This document shows, in pieces, positions 39,409 through 51,886 of a stretch of 64,000 nt of DNA. Below the pieces are notes generated by a model. That model was not told where the DNA came from. It saw only the letters and a list, made by a program, of their open reading frames with translations, and ran no database searches. How positions within the stretch are numbered: the stretch's first letter is position 1; each line of letters starts with the position of its first letter. This DNA comes from Octopus vulgaris (lineage: Eukaryota): positions 8,184,001 to 8,248,000 of the forward strand of contig OX597835.1 of assembly GCA_951406725.2 (NCBI GenBank), given 5' to 3'. A program made the translations under genes and the position numbers.

Positions 39409-40419
39409 AATATCGTCATTGTTATTGTAATTGACTGCTAATTTGATAGACGTGATTTCATATTCCTCTTAGAGATTCTAGATTTTGCCAAATGAAATTT
39501 CATACCGAAGAATAGGTTTTAAATTTATTCTTAAGCACGGTGTCTCAGCAGTCTAGAATTTGCGTAAACAGAGTTTAAAAAAAATTTTAGCGTTTTCTTC
39601 TTAATCTTCTCGACACATAATAATGACGAAAACGTTGATTGTTCATCTAAACATACAAAAAGTTATGGGCGAACAATCGACGTCGGACTGTATATTTTAA
39701 TAGAAGCAAACCCAAGATATTTTACGGCAAAACACGCTACGTCTGAAATTGCGTTTCGAAGAGCAATAACATCAATGCGAACAATTCCAGCGAGTTCTTG
39801 GGTGAAAAAAAGCAACATTCCCTCGCACACGTATTTTACCAAAAGTAAATATTTCTTTAATTTGTAGGAAAACTGCTTTGCTTCAGAAAATACATCAAAG
39901 GATGAACGTTGCATGGGGATCGAGTGACCAGAGGAAGAGCAGTTTCATAGCAATGTGTAATAAGAACAAAGATGTTTTTGACTTAAAAATATTGCTCAAG
40001 ACCACAAAGTAGGAAAGTTATTAATTTTTGTATTTCTAAAGTTACAGATGCTATTTATGATCGTTCACTAGAAGGCTCACATGAAACATTTCTAGTTCTC
40101 CCAGACCCAGTGAGTAACACACACACATAGAGCCCCCCCCCCCCCACACACACACATACACTCGCACGCATACACCAGCAATTCGCAATGTGAACCAGAG
40201 TATGTGCAGGTGAAAAGTAAGACTGTCAGCGTGTTCTATGAAATGAAATATACTTCGTTGTTAAATGAGAATGCAATAAGTTACAAAATGACCGGAACTA
40301 AATGAAAGAAAATTAGGTTTTAGTGAAATATGAGAGTTCTTTTCAGGAGAGGCAGTTATATAAGTTCTAGATAATTGTACTTTCAGTATATCATAGCTAC
40401 GCATCTAATAAGCTAAACT

Positions 40420-41453
40420 GCCAACATTTATTTTTTCCCGCTTGAAGAAGGCAGCTGAAACAGCAGTTTGAACACACCCCACTGAACACCGCTTGTTACA
40501 GATGATTGGTTTGCAATGAAGGCAGTTTGGATGCTCGCTTTGCAATAATTTTTTTTATTTAAACAGGAGGAGAAAAAACGCTGCAGAAACTTATAAATGT
40601 TCCAGACAGCTTACGGTTTAACTTTTACGTGCTGAACATAAGTTTTTCGCTGGCACACGACGACTGTAGAGGGTATTGAGAAACGATGAGAGGTGTGAAT
40701 GGACGAAAGACTTCAGAACATCACAGCTGGTTGAGAAAATCCGTAGTTTTCTTGATGAAGACCGTCGTGTGTTAATAAAAACAATAAACATGAAGGTTTG
40801 AGATAATGAGGCAACTGCATACAGAATTATTCATTAAAATCTGAAGATGCGTTTAAATTCATGCATAGTTTGCTTCCACAGTGCTCAGTGACGACAAAAA
40901 TGAAAGATACTTTGGGGATCTGCGAAGAAAGCTGGATCTTATGTTAGGATCCAGGGAGCAAGATACAGATGGCATAATGGAAGCATCCTGACCCAAGAAT
41001 GCCAAGTAAAACAAGTCCACTGGGAAGCTAATGATGGTCCCCTTTCTCTAGACAGACGGTAAAACAGAGTACTTTGTGAAGATTTTGAGAGTGTTCAAGA
41101 AGAAATATCATTGCAAAAGACCAGAGATCCTGTATAAGGGTAACGCACCAGGCCACAATTCCATCTTCGTAACTAACAGAGATGGCTATCGAAATTGTCC
41201 TTCATCTTCACTACAATACAGACTTTGCTCCTGCGACTTTTGGTTGTTCACTAAGTTAAAGGAGAACATCCGTGGGTAAGTCGTTTAAGACACTGAGACA
41301 TTTGAAAGACCCCCATGGGCCTTCACGAAGTGGCTGGAGTGCTACAGCAAGTGCTCTGAACGTAGAGCATTGATCATAATTTGAAGTAGATTAGAGGGTT
41401 TACTTATTTGAAATAAATAAATGTATCTTGAAAAACCTCTGGAATACCCCTTG
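40420..41453 (+). mobile_element. Decayed mariner transposon with transposase pseudogene
   Basis: Frameshifted motifs KNAAETYK, VFRWH, RTSQLVEKIRSFLDEDRRV, GNAPGHNS, CDFWLFTKLKENIRG; right TIR-like end aaaacctctggaataccccttg-TA. Left boundary uncertain. Confidence 0.85.
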
Positions 41454-42347
41454 TAAAGTATATTCAAATTCATGGTGTTGATATATAAATTTATAAAATT
41501 ATGCATTCAAAATGTGATTAGTAACGAAACAATAGTTTGTGGTTATTTTGTAGTTATTTTTACATTTTTTGCTAGATATTTTTACAATTCTTCAAAAGTG
41601 TAAATACCATGAATATTCCGTCGTCCTTTCTAACGATGAAGTGATCAATTATCGGTTGTGTTGTGTCATCAATTTCAAAACAAGATTCATAGATAACAAT
41701 AATGTATGAATATAAAACTATTTTAAATACTGTCATATTTGGACACAAGGAACTATAATTTCGGCCTTAAGTTCTCCTGTTCCGAGATATTTTCTGTAGC
41801 GGTTGCCTAACATTTCTTCGTCCCACAATTATAAATTTGTATCTATTTTCGTGCCTTCCCTTTTATTTGGTATAAACTATTGATTCAGCTGGACTGTTTA
41901 CCAGGACTGTGGTTAAGTAAATGCTTGCAAGAGCGAGTAGACAAGAAATGACTGACTTGTTCGAGAAAAAAGTGAACAATGAATAAACAAATTGCTTTCA
42001 ACCAATACGTTCGGTAAATCTTGATGGACAGTAATTTGTAAGACGAGGCCATCAGTTGCAATAAATAAGTAGCCGAGAGCGTAAAAGATTACTATCGGCT
42101 GCCATTTTGTCTTGCAGAGACGTCAACTAAAAAGTGTAATAAAGAGAGAAGCAGGGAGAGAGAGAGAGAGAAGACGTGTCTAAATATATAGGAAACGTCT
42201 TAGCCGGTTTTTTTATGCTTTATTATCGTAAGTTAAAAGAAGTATGGCAGAACATTCACTCACTTGTTACTTTCACTTTCTCTCACATACTTACACGCAC
42301 GCACGTACACACACGAACACACACACACACAAATATGTATATGTATG

Positions 42348-42349
<2 letters not shown>

Positions 42350-42401
<52 letters not shown>

Positions 42402-42469
42402 CATGTCACTATATACTAAATATTTATATTATATATATATTTATATACGTATATATATATGTGTGTATG

Positions 42470-42523
<54 letters not shown>

Positions 42524-42772
42524 CATATATATATACATGTAACTATATACTAAATATTTATATTATATATTTATTTATATATGTATATATATGTATATAT
42601 ATATATATGTATATATGTATATATATATGTATATATATATATATGTATGTATATATATACATATATATATACATGTAACTATATACTAAATATTTATATT
42701 ATATATTTATTTATATATGTATATATATATGTATATATATATATATGTATATATGTATATTATATATATATG

Positions 42773-42803
<31 letters not shown>
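42350..42803. repeat. TA-rich minisatellite with about 135-bp period
   Basis: catgt(c/a)actatatactaaatatttatattatatat recurs at about 42402, 42536 and 42672, separated by (TA)n/(TATG)n. Confidence 0.85.
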
Positions 42804-42807
<4 letters not shown>

Positions 42808-43222
42808 CTAAATGTACAGTTTGTGTACATATGCATTTGTCTACGTATATGTTTTAGTGTGAGTGAGTCACCGTCTGTCATTGTTTATAATCTATTCTAA
42901 GTGCTGACAGTTACTGTGACAAGTCTTTGATTATGAACAGAATATAATTGCACCTGAAAAAATATGACCATATTTTTCAGTCTCTTGAGAAGTCATTAGT
43001 GATAGATTCTTATTTTATTTCTTCTATTTATTTTTACCGCAGTTTCTCTCACTTTCACCTCCATAATCTTTATTCTTTATCATGCTTTTCACCCTCGTCT
43101 TTTATTTCTCTATCAAACTGGGAGATGCTATTATTTACCATTCATTTCTACCATGCACAAATCGTGTCTATACAAAAATATTAAATGAATTTGTTTAGAT
43201 CTAGATAACACAAAATACTCAC

Positions 43223-43277
43223 CAACAAATGTTAAAGATTGCAGCCAAATTTTTGAATTATCATTGTTTTCGCTCTC
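43223..43277 (-). other. Weak candidate coding exon (ESENNDNSKIWLQSLTFV)
   Basis: Minus-strand acceptor cctttctttagttag, donor ttg|gtgagt, 55 nt open in phase 0. Confidence 0.2.
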
Positions 43278-44081
43278 CTAACTAAAGAAAGGATAAATTG
43301 TACTAGAGGCTTCTACTGCTTCTGTTGCTGACAATAGTATTAGTAGTAGTTTCTGATTGGCATTAGAACATGCCACAGGAGGTTTCTTCAGAATCTAGAA
43401 CGTTTCATTTGGCCAACTCTAAAGTTTTATGTGCTGTCAAAATACGACTTGGTCTAATCAAGTATATTTGATATTATTGAAAGGCACGTAACCTCCTAGA
43501 ATTTAATTTCTTGAGGGATTGTAACAGAGACTATTCTTATATATTATTGTGTTGAGAGATTAGAGGAATTGATGTTTGAAAGTGTTCGCAGTCAGAACCT
43601 TCTGGAAGTTAAATGGTTGCTTGATGTACGTCTTTTTTTCACAGACAGATGTATAAAGTTAAAGCTTGGCTGCTTGAACCGTAAATAGATCTCCCGACCT
43701 CAGTTCACTACCGAAAATACGTGAAACTTTAAATGTGTTGTGGTGGTAGATATTAACACCCCTGTGTGATTAAAAGGTGGACTCGTCGAACTCTTGTAAA
43801 GCGTAACGTGTGAGAGAAAAGAAAAAAGTGTTGGAGTGTCGCGTAATCGGACGTTACGTCTGTGAATACATTTCTTTATCCCACTTCATTAAAATCATAT
43901 ATCCACAACAAAGGATATGAAAGACTATTACTTCATAACGTTGTCCCAAAATCACTTTAATTTGCTAAATTGCTTTTTGTTTTTTACTTTATGATACAAA
44001 CAAGGCTGTAGACACTATCAGCAACTGGTCATTGTACCAAGAGACTTCAGTGATTTAAATATGGTGTCTCATTATAGAAGC

Positions 44082-44410
44082 TAGAAGCACTCCGTCAGTT
44101 ACGACGACGAGGGTCGCCGCTGATATGATCAACGGAACAGCCTGCTCGTGAAATTAACGTGCAAGTGGCTGAGCAATCCACAGACACGTGTACCCTTAAC
44201 GTAGTTCTCGGGGATAATCAGCGTGACACAGAGAGTGATAAGGCTGACCCTTTGAAATACAAGTACAACTCATTTTTGCCAGCTGAGTGGACTGGAGCAA
44301 CGTGAAATAAAGTGTCTTGCTCAAGGACACAACGCGTCGCCGGGAATCGAACTCACAACCTTACGATCATGAGCCGAATGCCCTAACCACTAAGCCACGC
44401 GCCCTCACAC
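44082..44410 (-). mobile_element. SINE family D: different tRNA head, CORE-like segment, tail T1
   Basis: Minus strand gggcgcgtggcttagtggttagg...gagttcgattccc..gttgtgtccttgagcaagacacttt, then the same tail as 34153-34538; TSD core tgtctcattata at about 44064 and 44411. Confidence 0.9.
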
Positions 44411-44860
44411 TGTCTCATTATAAAGCTATGCTAAACGTACTTTATTGAAACATGACCATGTAGATTTTGTTACAGTTTATCCATACAAATATACAATCAC
44501 TCTCTTGTATTATTAAATAGTATTATTTTACAAACAAAATAGTAAATAGTATTATTTTACAAGCAGACTAAAACAATTTAAACCGACAGGACATTCTACT
44601 CAGTAACCACTCCTCATTCACAATGTGCAATGGCAACTTCAGAAATTGAATGCACAGAATATAAAGGGGATTTTTACACAAACCTATTTAATTACAAATT
44701 CAGAACCATCAAATAATCCGGTGATCAACAAATGTTAACTTGCCAGATTGGCGTAACCCTGCCCAAATAACATTGGCCTTCATACTGTAACATCTGTTAT
44801 CCTTCACTCACGCTAGAACACTGGCAGTTTCTGGGCAAGTGATAGTAACACAATCCTCAC

Positions 44861-44923
<63 letters not shown>

Positions 44924-44940
44924 AATCATCGTCATCATCA

Positions 44941-44977
<37 letters not shown>

Positions 44978-44991
44978 CATCGTTATTATTA

Positions 44992-45042
<51 letters not shown>

Positions 45043-45407
45043 GTTTAACTTTTGCTTTTTATTTGTACAAGTTGGATCCAAGTCTCACCCAGAGATACTC
45101 TGCCTGTTGAGATACTCTGTAGGTGCAAGACTGCACATGGAGACAACATGATCAATGGTTTCATTTTGTTGTTGACATATACGACATGTTGGGTAGCTGC
45201 CGTTCTTGAAAAGTGGTGAATGCAAATATCTTTGCAATATCGTATTTAATATATAAATGATGTCAAATTCTTGTGGTGTAGAACAATAATATATATTATT
45301 ATATTTTTGACATTGTAACTTTCCTGAATCCTATAATTATGGATTCTAATATATCCGGACATTGAACATGTAAAGTCATACACTGACTTATAGTTTATCC
45401 AAACAAA

Positions 45408-45597
45408 CGCCGTGGCAGAATCGTTAGCGCACCGGAGAAAATTATGAGTGGCATTTCGTTCCTCTTTACGTACTGGGTTCAAATTCTACTGAGATCGACT
45501 TTGCTTTCCATTCTTTCGGATGATTTTTGTACCAGTCTGATATTAAGGGACGTTGTAATCGACTGAGCCACACCCTCACAATCTTTTGTAGAAAAAG
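45408..45597 (+). mobile_element. SINE family B, old diverged copy
   Basis: tggcagaatcgttagcgcaccgg...gggttcaaattctactgagatcgactttgctttccattctttcgg. Confidence 0.75.
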
Positions 45598-45599
45598 AA

Positions 45600-45636
45600 A
45601 TCACTTTTCGGCTTTTTGGTCGAGATCAACGTATAG
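45600..45636 (+). pseudogene. U2 snRNA 5'-fragment pseudogene
   Basis: atcacttttcggctttttggtcgagatcaa matches 24 of the first 30 nt of U2 (atcgcttctcggccttttggctaagatcaa, from memory), then c-gtatag versus gtgtag; all six mismatches are transitions. Confidence 0.6.
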
Positions 45637-45644
45637 CATGTAAG

Positions 45645-46580
45645 TTCTGTGTCTGTCCGAAGCAATCTTATATTCTCTTGTTTATCCTCCTTTAAAAGCC
45701 ATGAAAGCCTCCCCTACAAATCCGATGCCCTTCAGGTAGGAAATAATATCTTTTGGCGTGTTGCTGTGTCTTCTTAATGTTAATGTTAAGATTTTCTAGA
45801 AGTTATAAATACTTATGTTTGGTCTATTCTTTTCGAGAGTCATCTTATCTTATGTCTTATCATAATGTTTATCATTTCTTCAGCCACTTTGATATCTGGG
45901 ATAGGCGTCTTATAATTAGAGTATTTCTCTATATTGCTAAATAAAGATGAAGGTGTTCCACCTAGATATAATTCTTCTTAACTTCTTGAGGCGATTTCCC
46001 ATAACTGTTTCCCAAAATGGTTTTCTCCTATAATATCTTCCAATCCTTCATCTGCCACATGAAACTCTTTTTGTCTTCTAATTACCCAACAAAGTCCTTC
46101 TCTTGAAACATTTTTTTGCGTATTTGTTTCATTTGTTTGTGTGAAATTTTCCATTCGCCACTTTTTTTCTGTCCACCTCTAGACATATCTTTTGCTATAT
46201 TGTGGCCCTGCTCGTCCCAGGTGTTACTTTTTCTATGCGTTTCTTTTTTTCTTTCTTTCTTTTTTTTTGACCAAATTCTGCTGGCTATATCTAGAGTGGA
46301 ATAATTTCTTCCAAAACAAGATAACTTTCTCTTCTATAACGTGCCTCATTTGAAATCTGGTCCACCCAGATATTTCCTTTAGTTTCTTCACCAACGTTTG
46401 ATCTGTCTTCAGACCTCTGATTTACGATCTCAAAATAGAACTTGTACTTCAAATGTTTTTTCCTTATATCTGACCCCTATCCACTTTACATTGACCAGCA
46501 CTGAAAAATCTGAAATGCCCATTATAACCACCCTGTTGCATTCACATAATGAATTTATAGAAGTCCTGCTCATATTTAGA
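45645..46580 (-). mobile_element. Decayed L1/Tx1-like ORF2 fragment (AP endonuclease and linker)
   Basis: Frameshifted motifs in the expected order on minus strand: VVIMG..DF, FQMRH, YSTLD..RI, GHNIAKICL, GEWKIS, FQEKDF. Confidence 0.5.
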
Positions 46581-47034
46581 AAGCTTTGAATTGGTTTAAT
46601 TAATGGCAATCGTATTAGAAATAAGTATATTTATATCAATAACTATTTCTACATAGCGAAACTGATTCGGTATTGCAAGACAGTAATGCCTTTTTCTGCT
46701 GATCTATCTAATGTAGGTTTTAAATGAAGTCGATATCTGTAAAAATGTTACCATGCTAGTCAATTCCGAAAGAAACTCAGCTTCATGAATTTACATCAAT
46801 AGAACTGGGTAATCAATAATAGATCCATTCAGAGAGCATTTACATTTTAAAATAGAATATATATCTTATGTCACTGCGCTTTAGGAATCTTAGTATTTCT
46901 AAAATAGTTTTGCTTGAAGAAAAGAGCACACTCACCTAGGTCACTCCGTGGTTCTGTGATAAAGACATTTTGTTGTAAAGGGATCTAATTTATCGATATT
47001 ATCTTAAAGGTAATTTTATTTGATTCGTCAGGAA

Positions 47035-47905
47035 GGACAGTGCTGGAAAATATCGAAAAGGGCAATACGGTAGACAATTAGGGGCCGATATCCTCTTTGC
47101 CACTTAGGTGGAAGTTATTGACTGGAATATTCGCAGAGTCAATGTACGGACATCTGGAAAATACGGAGTCCTGCCACATGAACAGAATCGTTGCAAGCGT
47201 AAGTGCTGACGTGCCAAAGATCAATACCTGATAGAGAAAACAGTACTTAGAGATTGCCAGAGGGGGAAATCTAACTTAGCCATGTCATGGATCGATTACC
47301 GTAAGGCGTACGATATGATCCCATATTCTTGGATTATGGAATGTACGAACCTATTTGGTATTACATCGAATGTTGTGCGATTGCTTGGAAAAGGTATGGC
47401 GAAGTGGAGGACAGACCTGTCAGTTAACGTCCGTTTTCCATGCTAGTATGGGTTGGACGGTTCGAACGAGGTCTGGGAAGCCAGGAGGCTGCACCAGGCA
47501 CCAGTCTGATCTGGGCATATGGGAGAAGTTTAGGGTCAACAGAAATGAGGAAAGGCATCTTCCGAGGAGACTGAGTGTCCCCACTGATCTTTGTATTGTG
47601 TATGATATCACTAACACTGATACTGAAGAAAGCAAAGGCAGGATATGTATTCAAGAGCCGCAAAAAAAAAAAGAAAAAGGAAAATCCACATGTTTTTCAT
47701 GGATGATCTGAAACTTTATGGTGAAGATGAATCCCAAGTCAGTTCTCTCGTTCATACGGTGTTCACTTTCAGTTTTGATGTCAGAATGGAGTTCGGACTG
47801 AGAAAGTGTGATGTGTTCGTCCTGAAGAGAGGCGAAAACAAATGTATGGACGGTCTAACGATACTGTAGGGGGGTGGGGTTATGAAGCAGATAAAAGAGA
47901 CGGGC
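47035..47905 (+). mobile_element. R4/Dong-clade non-LTR reverse transcriptase pseudogene
   Basis: PISSLPLRWKLLTGIFAE, LPHEQ, KDQYLI, NLAMSWIDYRKAYDMIPYSWI, LSPLIFVLCMI, HMFFMDDLKLYG, MEFGLRKC; stops and frameshifts; unrelated insert at about 47420-47513. Confidence 0.9.
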
Positions 47906-48084
47906 CATGAGCTCTTGAACCATTGTTGGCTTTCATTTAGCCTTACTTCCTGCCTGTCAAGCCTTGCAAGGTGTTGGCCATGGAGGGATTGTCCTCTCCA
48001 TTTCTCTTACAGTATGATTTGTAGTTATGCTTTCATGCTGATTTTTGTCTGACGATTTCTGCTGTTATTATAAGATCAGTGTTT

Positions 48085-48122
<38 letters not shown>

Positions 48123-48520
48123 ACCCTCGCTATCAATATGTTTCTCTCTGGCTATCTGTCTATCTCTTTCTCACTCTTGCTCTGCTTGTTCTCTCTCCTC
48201 TTTCTTGTTCTCTCTCTCATCTCTCTTACTCTCACTTCTTCTCTCTCTTCTTTTCCCTCTCCTTCTCTTACTCTCTCTCCTCTTTCTCTCCTTCTCTGTT
48301 TCGTTCTCCCCCTCCTTCTCTCTATTGCTCTCTTTTGTTCTACCTCTCTTTCTCTCTCTTGTTTACTCTCTTTCCTTTTGTCTCTCATTATTTCTCTCCT
48401 TATCTCTTTTGTTCTACCTCTCCTTCTCTCTCTTGTTCTCCCTCCCTTTCTCTCTCTTGTTCTCTCTCTTTCCTTTTCTCTCTCGTTCTTTCTCTCCTTA
48501 TCTCTCTCTCTCTCTGTTTT
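48085..48520. repeat. CT-rich arm of a long inverted repeat (pairs with 49375-50045)
   Basis: ctatcaatatgtttctctctggctatctgtctatctctttctcactcttgctctgc versus reverse complement of about 49950-50010 ctatcaaaatgtttctctctggctatctgtctacctttctctcactcttctctgc. Confidence 0.8.
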
Positions 48521-48559
48521 TCATGTTTCTATAATAAAAAAATGGACGACTACTAAATC

Positions 48560-49050
48560 TAGCGATTGTCCACTTTTTAGTTCTAATTACTTTTCTAGTC
48601 CAGCTGTTGTTATTCTATAATCGTTCTCTATCTGTGTGAGACCGAGACCTCCTTCTCAACGGAGTAGATATATTCTCTGTGTATTTGTTTTGGTGGGAAG
48701 AATGATTTCGTTTTGTTGTTTCTTACCTTTTCTGTCTAAATTTCTGAATTCAGTAATCTTCAGGTTGTTACGTTGAAGATGTAGTTTATGACAGATACAG
48801 CTAGAGCGTTTATTCCTCTTATCATACTTTTAGCTATGAGTTCATTTATTACTGTTGTTGTTATCATTGTAGTTCTTCTTCTTGTTGCTGTAACATCAAG
48901 GCAAATTGGCATCATATAACACAGAAGGGCAAATATCATTTATTCAATCTTCTGCATTCATAATATCATCCGCTATTTTAATATATATCTTCAATCCATC
49001 AGATGGATAGTTATTAATCTATCAACGGAGAGATCGTCAGATCAAGAATT
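48560..49050 (-). mobile_element. Highly decayed R4/Dong-clade ORF fragment (post-RT region)
   Basis: Minus strand ELIAKSMIRGINALAVSVINY..KITEFRNLDRKVR..RIYLLR*EGGLGLTQIE. Confidence 0.65.
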
Positions 49051-49374
49051 TCACTTCCTTTCTGGAGTTGAGCAAACATCTTCCAATTTTGTAAAAAGAC
49101 GTTTAATTAGAAAGACTGAGAACCATCTTTCGTTTATGGTTATCCAATTGAATCACTGTAATATATTGTTGGCTCTAGAGTAAAGATATCGAGATCAATG
49201 AAGGTGGGGGGGGGGGATTTATAATTAAAGAAAAAAATAATTAATCAACGGACAAACATCTGTATTTGTTATGAGATATTGAATGGTTTTGTATAAATAA
49301 CGTAATTATTATTGTTGTAATACGAACGACTGGTATTAAAGTGGGTTTGCTATGACAACCAGCTAAATGGAGAA

Positions 49375-50015
49375 CGAGAGAGAGAGAGAGAAGAGAAAGA
49401 GAGACAGATGTAGAAATAGAGATAGAGAGCGCGACGGAGAGAGAAAGGAGATATAGTAAGAGAGAAGGGAGAAAGAACAAAAGAGAGAAGGAAAGAACAA
49501 GAGAGAAAAGAAAGAGAGAGCAAGAGAGAGAAGGAGAGGGATAAAAGAGATAGAAGGAGAGGGAGAGAGTAAGAGAGAGAAGGAGAGAGAGTAAGAGGGA
49601 GATAGAGAGTAAGAGGGAGATAGAGAGTAAGAGAGAGTGAGAGAGTAAAAGAGAGAGGGAGAGAGAGTAAAAGAGAAGGGGAGAAATAACAAAGAGAAAA
49701 AGAAAGAGAGAGAGCAAGAGAGAGAAGGAGAGGGAGAAAAGAGATAGAAGGAGAGGGAGAGAGTAAGAGAGATAAGGAGAGAGAGAGAGTAAGAGAGAGT
49801 GAGAGAGTAAGAGAGAGAGGGAGAGAGAGTAAGAGAGAAGGGGAGAAATAACAAAGAGAAAAAGAAAGAGAGAGAGAAGGAGAGGGAGAAAAGAGATAGA
49901 AGGAGAGAGAGTAAGAGAGAGAAGGAGAGAGAAAAAGAAAGGGGATAGAGGCAGAGAAGAGTGAGAGAGAAAGGTAGACAGATAGCCAGAGAGAAACATT
50001 TTGATAGAGAGAGCA

Positions 50016-50045
<30 letters not shown>
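49375..50045. repeat. GA-rich arm of the long inverted repeat, with internal duplication of about 160 bp
   Basis: agagaaggggagaaataacaaagagaaaaagaaagagagagag at about 49672 and 49833. Confidence 0.8.
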
Positions 50046-50050
<5 letters not shown>

Positions 50051-50602
50051 AGAGAAAGAGAAGGAGGGAAAGAGAAAAAGAGAAAGGAAAAGAAAGAATA
50101 GGTTACATGAAGGTCATCAGATGGAAAGTGAAACCTAATGGTAGAGTTAAAGCGTTTATCGTTTTAAAGTCGTAGTTTTACTGAAAACAAACCCACCATC
50201 TTACATTCTATTCTGAAATCTGTTCTTTCTGCAGTTCGATAAATTTGTGTCCCAAGTTCCACATTGTGTGCCATTCTCCAGAAAGTAGCTACCCGTTAAA
50301 ATTACTCATTGAAATTCCAGCAATGAATTATATTTAACCCTAGGCTTTGAATTAGATGGGTTTTTGTTTGCGTTCAGGGAACTAGTCATAGGTTGAATTA
50401 AGGTTTGTACTTATCTCGTCAACATGTCTTCCAATTGATTAACAGTGGCCCTTCCCAGAAACCCCATGCTTCGATTCTTTCAACTGACACACACACACAC
50501 ACACACACAAAGGCACGCACGCACACATGCACACACACACACACATATACATTTGTGTGTGTCGGTGTGTTGGTGTATATATATATATATATATATATAT
50601 AC

Positions 50603-50829
50603 GGCGAGCTGGCAGAAACGTTAGCACACCGGGCGAAAGGCGTAGCCGTATTTCGTCTGCCGTTACGTTCTGAGTTCAAATTCCGCCGAGGTTGACTTTG
50701 CCTTTCATCCTTTCGGGGTCGATAAATTAAGTACCAGTTACGCACTGGGTTCGATGGAATCGACTTAATCGCTTTATCTGTCCTTGTTTGTCCTCTCTGT
50801 GCTTAGCCCCTTGTGGGTAGTAAAGAAAT
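50603..50829 (+). mobile_element. SINE family B, full length, inserted in (TA)n
   Basis: Matches B consensus with B1 tail. Confidence 0.93.
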
Positions 50830-51151
50830 ATATATATATATACTTACACATACACGTACATACACGTACATATAAGGTAAATAACTTAATATCACGTTGC
50901 TCTAGCGTTGTGTGGGGACCTGCATGACAGAGAATAAATTCGTTTGCGTATCGTAGAATGCGACTCGAAGACGTTGAGTTAGGATTTGTACGCCGACCTC
51001 GTAAAACCCTCACCAGCAACAACAACCCAAACAGACCTATGGGTTGGAGGGTTGTTACCTGGGTGATGCAGAAAGACCATCGGCCAGGAATAGCAGTGAA
51101 TCACCAACAAATGCTGGATGCAGCGACGCGCTGTTGCAACTTCATTTTTCC

Positions 51152-51208
<57 letters not shown>

Positions 51209-51573
51209 ACTGCTAGTCTGGACTCAACATCTTAAGTTTTAACCAACTTGCTCTGTTGTAAATAAAATATTTCAAAGGTTCAGATACTTCTATGTACGAT
51301 TTCGGCATTTTTTTCTTTTTGATCATCCACAAACGAAAACCGCCAGTTTTAACTTCTAACACCAAAATACTGGGAATATATAATTTTAAATTCAGTAAAG
51401 CTGATGAAATTGGAATTTTCACACTCTGTCATAACTAACAACATTTTGGTATGATATACCAATTTTCGACCAGTGTATGTGTGTGTGAGCGAGTATGTTG
51501 TATACACATTATGTATACGCACATGTGAGCCCACGTGCACGCATATATACATACATTTATATACATATGCTTC

Positions 51574-51639
<66 letters not shown>

Positions 51640-51641
<2 letters not shown>

Positions 51642-51711
51642 AAAGCCATCTGAATATGGCTAGGACAGGTGCCACCACCCTGCCCTGTCTAGCCATATTC
51701 AGATGGTTTAG
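51640..51711. other. About 70-nt fold-back island in (TA)n
   Basis: Perfect 18-bp arms ccatctgaatatggctag (51646-51663 / 51689-51706), extendable by 5 bp on each side with single bulges. Confidence 0.8.
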
Positions 51712-51743
51712 TCCTTATTATATATATATATATATATATATAT

Positions 51744-51796
51744 TTTCTCCTTACTAGTTTCAGCTTGAGAGCTGCGGCTATGCTGGGGCACCACCG
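51744..51796 (-). mobile_element. Isolated LINE/SINE 3' tail (extreme 5' truncation)
   Basis: Minus strand cggtggtgccccagcatagccgcagctctcaagctgaaactagtaagg; homologous to 38277-38315 and to SINE A tails. Confidence 0.75.
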
Positions 51797-51886
51797 TTTA
51801 TACACACACACACACACATACATATACACACACACACTCATCCATATATATACATTTTTATTCACTAACTTCATATTATCCCTATA

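Noticed and set aside
39703-39844. Open plus-strand frame with acceptor and weak donor
   Set aside because: No recognisable protein; splicing to the 37773 candidate would create a TAA stop.
40441-40466. cttgaagaaggcagctgaaac hammerhead-like string
   Set aside because: No supporting stems; lies at the 5' side of a mariner remnant.
46936-46984. Minus-strand micro-exon IPLQQNVFITEPRSDL with gtgagt donor
   Set aside because: Acceptor has no pyrimidine tract and the phase does not match the 43277 candidate.
48721-48890. Strong minus-strand donor aag|gtaaga suggesting an exon
   Set aside because: Sequence translates as decayed R4/Dong ORF that continues across the apparent donor.
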